NCBI RefSeq assembly: GCF_055900595.2
Contig: NZ_CM148325.1
Length of the DNA: 64,000 bases
Reading direction: 5' to 3' (one strand)
Position 1 is the stretch's first letter. Each line of letters begins with the position of its first letter. A program made the position numbers and the translations under genes. The notes under the pieces were generated by a model, which searched no databases, was not told where the DNA came from, and worked only from the letters and a program-made list of their open reading frames with translations. Below, piece after piece: positions 42,303 through 49,602 of this stretch.

Positions 42303-42332
42303 GCTACGCGCGCGTACTTGTCGCAAAATATC
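42303..42332. repeat. Copy 2 of the GC-palindrome motif (GCTACGCGCGCGTACTTGTCGCAAAAT)
   Basis: Same orientation as copy 1; one CG unit shorter. Confidence 0.5.
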
Positions 42333-42588
42333 AGGCAAAGGCCAGATTCAGAACGTCGTGATAACCACCAGCACAACATGAGATGTCATGTAACGCGATT
42401 TATCACGTCAGATACATGTGATTGGTGTACCCGCATAAAACATTGTCATAGCGCGTCCTGTGCGCATATACGCCGATAATCAACACATCACCACCACTCT
42501 GTCTCATGTAGAGAACACTTTTATGGTATCCCCCGCCATCGTGTGCGTACTGGTCGGACGCAGTTGCAAAAAATTTTGCAACTGATAC

Positions 42589-42619
42589 CCCTCGCGCGCG
42601 TACTTGTCTCGAAATTGGT
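42589..42619. repeat. Copy 3 of the GC-palindrome motif (CTCGCGCGCGTACTTGTCTCGAAAT), preceded by a TTGCAAAAAATTTTGCAA palindrome
   Basis: Third same-orientation copy; separate 18-bp inverted repeat at 42564-42581. Confidence 0.5.
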
Positions 42620-42822
42620 GTTTTGCTGTGGCAGTGATATCAGAAAAATCTTCCTGTTTCACATAAAGCGGATATGCGCGTACTGTAACGGCCCCATCAA
42701 CTGGGAGCGGATTTGAGCCCCGAATGTGTAGGCAATGTCACTTAACGTTTGTCGCATACCTTCCAGAAAAAGCGATTCATGAATAATAGGGGCATGAATG
42801 CCCGGCGTACCGGGCTTATTAG

Positions 42823-43521
42823 TTAATTTGGTGCTTTAGGGTCAACATTAAAAGTTATATCACCTTCTGTATTTTTCCCGGCATAGCTAGCGGCTATTCT
42901 CGCCAACCCTTTGTAATCAGCAATTCCATCAGACTGTTGCGAGACGACTGAGCTACCAACTTTCCATAACATATTAATCTGCCGATTATTGAGATAAGCC
43001 TTGGCATCAAACGACTGGAGTATCACCCCTGCGCCGTAGAACGTGTCCGTCACAGTTGTGTTATACGCGCCAGTAATTCCATAAGTAGGCGTATAAACTG
43101 TTGTTGCCGTTCCAGTGGTATTAGCTGTACCGTAGCCACCACCATAACTATTGAACGTGGTGTTCGAGTTTCCGTACGTTGTTGCTGAGCTCACACCAGT
43201 TTGCCCGTATATTGGGATGGTTACATTACGAGTATTTGAAATGGCCCCGCTTCTCAAAAAGTTCAAGAGAATTACCTGGTCAGCCAATTTTTCATCTTTA
43301 ACTTGTGTATATCCTTGGCTTGATAAACTGGCGGCTACTACCGTAGCTATTTGAGTGTATTCAATCTGTTTGGTGTTCCAAAGTTCTTGGCTTGCGGGGA
43401 TGATCAAGAACTTCTTACCGACAGATTGCCCGGAAGATAAAGCATTGACCGTTACTAACGGTTTTTGTACGCATCCAGCCAATAATGACAGGGATAATAT
43501 TAAAAGAAGATTTTTAATCAT
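42823..43521 (-). CDS. Lipoprotein, Gly/Thr/Asn/Tyr-rich
   Basis: Signal peptide with lipobox (MIKNLLLILSLSLLAGC); low-complexity central region. Confidence 0.6.
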   Translation of the reverse strand: MIKNLLLILSLSLLAGCVQKPLVTVNALSSGQSVGKKFLIIPASQELWNTKQIEYTQIATVVAASLSSQGYTQVKDEKLADQVILLNFLRSGAISNTRNVTIPIYGQTGVSSATTYGNSNTTFNSYGGGYGTANTTGTATTVYTPTYGITGAYNTTVTDTFYGAGVILQSFDAKAYLNNRQINMLWKVGSSVVSQQSDGIADYKGLARIAASYAGKNTEGDITFNVDPKAPN

Positions 43522-43671
43522 GATAATCTCACCTAAGAATTGCGTGGTTATAAATTATCATCACTGTAAGCGAATGTAAGCCACAGACTCGTAATGTGAT
43601 ATGGAATTTTGATAGTTGGCTCAATATCAGTATGCCGTCCTTGGCTATTATGGTTTTGTTAGTTAGAGCGT

Positions 43672-46398
43672 CTATTCCCATTCGCTAACATCTTTCATGC
43701 CACTGAGGGTAGCTACAATCCCGGCCCTTGTCAGTTTCACGAATTCTTCAGCCCCAACGGCATCACGAATTGCTTTCATGGCAATTTTATTGGCCGAAAA
43801 TCGTTTCTCTGCTGCGGCGATCGCTGCTGGTGATGCCCCTGCGCGCACTGCTTTTGTAGCTTCCTGAACGGCTTTCTCTATCGCATATCGACCACTTCTT
43901 GTCGCCCCAATCTTAGCCACAGCATTTCTTAGCGCGCCACCAGCAACCAAACCACTAATCGAACCAATTACACCACCGCCAAAGCCTCCAGCGATCGCAC
44001 CTGACTGTTGAACACCGTTCATAATCACGCCGACGATCTTTGGAAGGCCTGAATCGAGCGTTTTGAGAGCCTCAGTTGTTCTTCCCGTGCGCTCTACGTA
44101 TCGCTGCGGTCTGGTACTGGCTTTAGCGAGTACACCGAACTCTTTCATCATTCTACCGAGATCTGGCGCATGACGACTGATGGCGTTTACATTCTGCTGG
44201 GTCATGAGCTTGGCAAAATACTGGATACCTGACTCTTCACCGATTCCTCCCTTCTCTCCCTGCGCCACAGCATGCTGAAGAATAGATGCTATTGCAGGTT
44301 GGCGTTCTGCTTCCGGCAGCGCGGAGATAAGACGGTGAAAAGCTCCCGTTCCAGTGTTTGCGGATGCCTTAAGCGTATCGGCACCTTTTCTTACCATAGC
44401 GTCTGATGCGAGATCTCGACCAAAAACAGATTCGGCATTTTGTTTGGCGATAATGTAACTTTTAGAGAGATCGTTAGCTTTCTGCCATTCTGTGAGGAAG
44501 TTTCCTTTTTCAGCCATGATGCGCATGTCATCAGTGATAGCTCTGCGCATTTCTCCGGCAATCCGGGCGGCATTGGCCTTACCTGCCCGGGTGTTTGCTT
44601 GTTCAGCATCAGCAAACTTAGCACGCCATGCCTTCATCCCGTCGAAGGTTATGCCGCCACCTTGGTTGTTGGCAGCCTGAAACTGTTTCATCTCCGGGCT
44701 GAGTGGAACATTGGCTGCTTTTTCTGCTTGGACGACAGCCATTCCATTACTCATTTTCATCCTTTCGCGTGGCATCGTGCTTCGCAGTTCTGCCCATGCC
44801 ATATTCTCTGCTGTTTTCATATCACTGAGGCTCGCGATGATGCGCTCTTTAATTGCTGCGCTTTTTTCTGATGCGCTTCCAGACTCAGCACCGAAATCAG
44901 ACAACTGCTTATTCAACTTTGAGGATATTTCATTGAAGGCCGTAAGGTGAGCATCCTGAACATTCCCAGGAGTTGATGCCAGAACACCTTCTGCTTGGGC
45001 AATTCCACGACTACCTGAGCGCATTCCAGGCGTCAGGGTGTTGATATTAATACCAGTGATTTTCGCCGCCTTAGCGACATCATCTCTGACGTTTGATGCC
45101 TGCGATGCGATATGCTCTCGGCCTACGGCAGAACGCGCTGCTTTCGATACATCATTGGCGGTTTCCAGAGTATTTGCTGCCCCTAACACATGGCCTGATT
45201 GATTTGTATTACTCCGCAATACATCTCGCATTACGTCACTGGCTGTCTGTCCGCTCTTTATTAAAGCGCGTGCTCCTAGCGATCCTGCTAGGCCAATACC
45301 TGTCTCTTTTGCTAGGTCTTCTGGGCTGATCTGCCCGTTCTTTTGGGCGTTCACCAATGTACCTGGCAGGTTTTCTGCCAACATACTAGCCACCTTTGTG
45401 GCCGCACGTTCAGCACGTGGAGCGTTGGCAACTGAAGAAGCTGCGGTAGCTGCCTTTCCTGCACCTAATCCTGTAATAAGGTAAGGTGCTAGCTGCTCAC
45501 CAGCCTGCGCGTATGGATCTGTAGGTTGGTCTACTGGGCGAAAGACAGGTGATATGGGCGTGTATGTGCCATCACCCACACCAAGCTTCTGAGCTGCCCA
45601 TGCTCCGGCTGATTGCGCCGCATTGACTACCCCCACGCCTGCGTCCATTACATCAAACGGTATATTAGCAATCCCTCTGGCCATCTGCTCTGGCGCAGCT
45701 TTCAGTCCTGGCGAAAGATATTCCATCTCAGGATTAAGGTTAGACTTGGCTACTTGCTGCTGCGGTTCCCCGGCATTTTCATCGGCGAGAAACTGAGCTC
45801 TTTTCTGCTCCCATGAACTGGCTGTTGGTAGTCCTGCTTCTATGTTCTTAAATTGCTGACGTTTTGCTTCCCATGCAGAAATATCTCCCACCTGAGAGAT
45901 TTCTTTATCAAGCTCTGAGTAGTCAGGCTGCTGAAGATTGCGATGTTGACTGGTTTGTGCAAACTGCAAGATTTCACTGTCATCAGGGATTATTCCGGCA
46001 TCTGCAAATTTACTTACGTAATTAGCCGTTTCATCTGGCAGTGTAGATTTACCGTTTCTGACGGCATTAATACGAGCATAGCCAGAATTATACCCAGCCA
46101 ATGCCATACCTATATCACCAAATCGCTTCATTCCTTTATTGAGATGGTTTGCTGCGATATCCATTTGCTTTTCAAATGGCAGTGAGCGCGGATCTGTTCC
46201 ACGATAACCAGCATCACTCATTACTGAGGGCATCAGTTGAGCAAATCCTCTAGCTCCTTTCGGTGACTCGGCACTTCCGTTACCACTAGATTCATTGCCA
46301 ACTAATGTTTCCATCGTCCCTGATGGGAAACCATATTTTTCATCGAGATGACGGGAATAGGCTTTCTGTTTTTCTGTCAGTTGTGCCATCATTGCCAT
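43672..46398 (-). CDS. Large protein with N-terminal lytic transglycosylase (SLT) domain; podovirus gp16-like internal virion/ejection protein
   Basis: 908 aa; SLT motifs (GARGFAQLMPSV ... ALAGYNSGYARI) then long helical region and C-terminal hydrophobic segment. Confidence 0.65.
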   Translation of the reverse strand: MAMMAQLTEKQKAYSRHLDEKYGFPSGTMETLVGNESSGNGSAESPKGARGFAQLMPSVMSDAGYRGTDPRSLPFEKQMDIAANHLNKGMKRFGDIGMALAGYNSGYARINAVRNGKSTLPDETANYVSKFADAGIIPDDSEILQFAQTSQHRNLQQPDYSELDKEISQVGDISAWEAKRQQFKNIEAGLPTASSWEQKRAQFLADENAGEPQQQVAKSNLNPEMEYLSPGLKAAPEQMARGIANIPFDVMDAGVGVVNAAQSAGAWAAQKLGVGDGTYTPISPVFRPVDQPTDPYAQAGEQLAPYLITGLGAGKAATAASSVANAPRAERAATKVASMLAENLPGTLVNAQKNGQISPEDLAKETGIGLAGSLGARALIKSGQTASDVMRDVLRSNTNQSGHVLGAANTLETANDVSKAARSAVGREHIASQASNVRDDVAKAAKITGININTLTPGMRSGSRGIAQAEGVLASTPGNVQDAHLTAFNEISSKLNKQLSDFGAESGSASEKSAAIKERIIASLSDMKTAENMAWAELRSTMPRERMKMSNGMAVVQAEKAANVPLSPEMKQFQAANNQGGGITFDGMKAWRAKFADAEQANTRAGKANAARIAGEMRRAITDDMRIMAEKGNFLTEWQKANDLSKSYIIAKQNAESVFGRDLASDAMVRKGADTLKASANTGTGAFHRLISALPEAERQPAIASILQHAVAQGEKGGIGEESGIQYFAKLMTQQNVNAISRHAPDLGRMMKEFGVLAKASTRPQRYVERTGRTTEALKTLDSGLPKIVGVIMNGVQQSGAIAGGFGGGVIGSISGLVAGGALRNAVAKIGATRSGRYAIEKAVQEATKAVRAGASPAAIAAAEKRFSANKIAMKAIRDAVGAEEFVKLTRAGIVATLSGMKDVSEWE

Positions 46399-47708
46399 CC
46401 CTTAAGTTTTGCCTGATAGTAACTTTCCGGCAGATAGCCATGTGCGGTCACATAATCCTTAACCAGTGAAGGATCCTGCAACAGCATTTTGGTATCAGTT
46501 TCTTCGTCCTTAGATTTGGTTACAGGAATACCGAGCCCGGCAATCTGTCGTTTCTGCATTCGAATAATTACGTCCTGCGCTTTATTCAACTCTCGCAAAA
46601 ATGCCTCATTGCTGGTTGCTGACTTAATGCCATTTTGAGATTGCATAAGGGCAGCCCTTTCCCCTTCGGTTGGGTTAGAGCCAAAAGTCCCTTTGAGGCT
46701 AGGCAGAATAACCTTTAGGTTGTATTCATCAGCTTTGGCGCGTAGGCTTCGTGTGTCTTCTGCTACATCAGGAAGGAATCCAAACCCCAGCGTCAGGGGG
46801 TTATAGTTCTGCGAGCGGGTAACGGCCGAAGGATGTTTCCCTACAATTCCCGCCAGTTCATGACCCACTTCAAGCGCAGAGTTCAAGGAGTCGATGTTAC
46901 CTGCAACAGTATTAATTTTATCGTTCATCTTCTCCACTTTCGCCTGCTGTATCTTGCTCAGTTCAGCATTGAGCTTGTCTCTCTCGATGTCATTTTGAGC
47001 ACGTCCAAGTCGTGCTTTCAGAACCATTTCTCTCGTGCGTAGTTGGTTATCGGATAGGACTTTGAACTGCTCCATATCGAGACGTCGATTACCCTGTTCC
47101 GCATTAACCTGAGCATTATATGCGGATGTATCTGCGTTCTGCTGTGCAATGCTCTGCCCTTGCTGCTTCTCTTGAACACTAAAGTAACTATTTGGATCAG
47201 CATGGAGGTGGATGAGGTCAGTGATTCTGTTGAATTCCTGTGGGTCATTCTGCCAAGACTGATAAACCTCTTCAGCAGGAAGACCAAATCGCTGTAATAC
47301 TGGATTTGCCTGCTGAATGGCCTTCTGCATGGTCAGTGGATCTCCAGTTTGTGACGCAAGACGCAGATTCATGGCAGCGTCAGCGGTCTGTCGATTTTGC
47401 TCAGCATCAATGAATCCCATCTGTTTTTGAGAATCAGCCATAAACTGGGGATACTGGGCCATTAACTTCTGCACGCCAACACGATCATTATTAGCTACCG
47501 CACTACCCAACCGTGCCTGATATTCTTTTAACTGCTGGGAAATTTGCGCCTGCTGATTAATCTCAGCAACGCCTCTTAGCCCCTGTAGCGCCATTAAACC
47601 TACGTTTGGCTGCTGCTGATACTGCACAGGCTGAGGAACGGAAGAACGAGGAGCATTATCATTTTGCGGTGCCATGCTAGGCAGCCCGCCAAGTTGCCAT
47701 GTCGCCAT
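46389..47708 (-). CDS. Gln-rich coiled-coil protein (439 aa); gp15-like by size and position
   Basis: Overlaps neighbours by 1-10 bp; no enzymatic motif. Confidence 0.5.
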   Translation of the reverse strand: MATWQLGGLPSMAPQNDNAPRSSVPQPVQYQQQPNVGLMALQGLRGVAEINQQAQISQQLKEYQARLGSAVANNDRVGVQKLMAQYPQFMADSQKQMGFIDAEQNRQTADAAMNLRLASQTGDPLTMQKAIQQANPVLQRFGLPAEEVYQSWQNDPQEFNRITDLIHLHADPNSYFSVQEKQQGQSIAQQNADTSAYNAQVNAEQGNRRLDMEQFKVLSDNQLRTREMVLKARLGRAQNDIERDKLNAELSKIQQAKVEKMNDKINTVAGNIDSLNSALEVGHELAGIVGKHPSAVTRSQNYNPLTLGFGFLPDVAEDTRSLRAKADEYNLKVILPSLKGTFGSNPTEGERAALMQSQNGIKSATSNEAFLRELNKAQDVIIRMQKRQIAGLGIPVTKSKDEETDTKMLLQDPSLVKDYVTAHGYLPESYYQAKLKGWQ

Positions 47709-48385
47709 TAGAATCCAAGCCCCCCAACAAGACCAATAAGCCCACCACCAATAGCGCCGGCCGCAGTTCCTATTCCAGGAACAACGGAACCAAGTTGCGC
47801 ACCCGCTAAAGCGCCTGATGCTGCCCCACCAATACCACGCGCAAGACTGGATGGCTGCTGCGCCTGACCTGCACGAATAGCGCCAAGCCCCTGCAAGAGT
47901 TGTCCGGTATTATTGGCGTAGTTTTGCCCTGCCGTTGCCTGCCCTGATGCCGCATTCATCCCGACATTTAGCAGGTTTCCATAATTTTGCATTTGCCCAC
48001 TGAGCCAATTGTTATAAAGCATGGGCGCAATGGAAGATAACTGGTTACTGGTAGCTGTTGAGCCAAGCCCCCCGGTAGCTTCTGCTGAGACAAGGTTCTG
48101 ATAACGGGCCTGATCTGCCTGTGTTTTATATAAACCAGAACCAAAGAAATCATTCGCGGCTTTATTCTGCCCTTCCAGAGTCATCAGTCCTTGTAGTTGT
48201 TGTAAAGCAGGCAATCCGACTTCTGCATACGGCTTGAGATTATTCATCACCGTATTCCACTGCTCGCGCTGCAAATCAATTGCCTGCTGCTGGGCCTTCG
48301 CCTGAGCTTTAGAGGCACCACCATCACCGCCTTTTTCGTATACGGCACGATTGAGATGTTTATGAGCTATGTGGGTAATTAACAT
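47708..48385 (-). CDS. Protein with C-terminal glycine-zipper membrane segment (225 aa); gp14-like
   Basis: C-terminus GIGGAASGALAGAQLGSVVPGIGTAAGAIGGGLIGLVGGLGF. Confidence 0.5.
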   Translation of the reverse strand: MLITHIAHKHLNRAVYEKGGDGGASKAQAKAQQQAIDLQREQWNTVMNNLKPYAEVGLPALQQLQGLMTLEGQNKAANDFFGSGLYKTQADQARYQNLVSAEATGGLGSTATSNQLSSIAPMLYNNWLSGQMQNYGNLLNVGMNAASGQATAGQNYANNTGQLLQGLGAIRAGQAQQPSSLARGIGGAASGALAGAQLGSVVPGIGTAAGAIGGGLIGLVGGLGF

Positions 48386-48840
48386 TCGCTGAATTCCTTA
48401 TATTGTTGCCGAGTTAACTGATAAAGCGTTACGCCGACGGGTTTACCACATCTGATATAAGCATCATCAAGGTGACCAACACGGGTAGCGCCAAGCAAAC
48501 GGATAATTGCCCGTCCGTATTTGGTGGTGTCAGGAACCATGGTAATGCTGTTAAGGAATGGTGAGTTTTCGAGAAGCCATTTGCAGAATAATCGATGCCC
48601 TTGCAGTGCATATTCACCACGGAATCCGGGGTCGTACACCGCATGGCATTCAACAACGCTATGCCAGAAGTTACGCACTTCATGAACGCCAGCCAGCACT
48701 AATCCTTCGTAGATGCCGAGATATACCGCATCAGGCTTGATGTAGTACGTGTGCCCCGGCTCAACAATATTTTCGGTATTGCCTGGCTCGTTAAGAAAGG
48801 CCTGTAATCGCACAGGGTTATCAATAAATTTTAGTTCCAT
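48379..48840 (-). CDS. Hypothetical protein (153 aa); first gene of the four-gene module (gp13-like position)
   Basis: ORF with coupled start; no recognisable motif. Confidence 0.5.
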   Translation of the reverse strand: MELKFIDNPVRLQAFLNEPGNTENIVEPGHTYYIKPDAVYLGIYEGLVLAGVHEVRNFWHSVVECHAVYDPGFRGEYALQGHRLFCKWLLENSPFLNSITMVPDTTKYGRAIIRLLGATRVGHLDDAYIRCGKPVGVTLYQLTRQQYKEFSEC

Positions 48841-48850
48841 GCGATGCCAT

Positions 48851-49018
48851 CCATTTTCACATACAGCCTGCCAGCGCCTTATCTATTAACCCTCGTGCAA
48901 TTTCATGCAGAGTTGGCGCTACTCCAATTCCTGATTTTTTACGCTGCTCTTCCTGAATTTTCTTTATCGCTTCCATTTGCTTCTCACTTATCAATACCGG
49001 CTTTACTGAAATAGCCAT
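48851..49018 (-). CDS. Small protein (55 aa), possible ribbon-helix-helix DNA-binding protein
   Basis: AGGGGG SD then ATG; MAISVKPVLISEKQMEAIKKIQEEQRKKSGIGVAPTLHEIARGLIDKALAGCM. Not in the ORF track because under 60 aa. Confidence 0.35.
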
Positions 49019-49465
49019 AACGCCCCCTTAGAACTGTATAAAACAACAGTTATTATAGTTTCACAAATCGCAATATTCATCATCGTAATTGCAAAATATG
49101 AAACAAATAGCACAAAAAAATGCCACCGCTCAGTAGCTGGTGGCATCGTTCTGTGTGTCAGGTTTTGACAGGTTTTTTATGGACTCTAAAAACTATATTT
49201 ATGGTGTCGCATTACTCTTCACGGCAGGCGCTTTTCAGTTCTGCCCTTGCTTCTGGCTCCATTGGTAATTTGATTCGCGATCAGCTATGCGGATGGTTTG
49301 CTGAACAGGCATAACAACTTCTCAGAGGCTGTTTTTTGAACTACGAAAATTTCGTAGTGCTCACTTTCAAAAACGTCACGCCCTTGTACACAGGATTTTA
49401 CGAAAGTCTCGTAAAACACTCTCTGATGCCAGCCAGGTGTTGTGCGCATCAATTCAGTCACATTG

Positions 49466-49580
49466 TGTTGGTTCAAAATACCGTGTTGTTGGTTCAGTGT
49501 TGGTTCAATAAAAAGAATAAAATCCTTATAAAACAATACTCTTTACAAATTGAACCAACTGAACCAACTGAACCAACACC
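49466..49580. repeat. Iteron array II: 3 direct + 3 inverted GTTGGTTCA repeats around an AT-rich spacer, next to the primase gene
   Basis: Same architecture as array I; 49541-49580 is the exact reverse complement of 41296-41335. Confidence 0.7.
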
Positions 49581-49602
49581 TTTTCTACGCACATGAAGAA
49601 GC

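Noticed and set aside
40911-49580. CRISPR array as an explanation for the repeated motifs (GC-palindrome copies and GTTGGTTCA iterons)
   Set aside because: Only three irregularly spaced copies of the GC motif (about 1390 and 285 bp apart); the iterons are 9-bp units without unique spacers and occur in both direct and inverted orientation; no cas genes.
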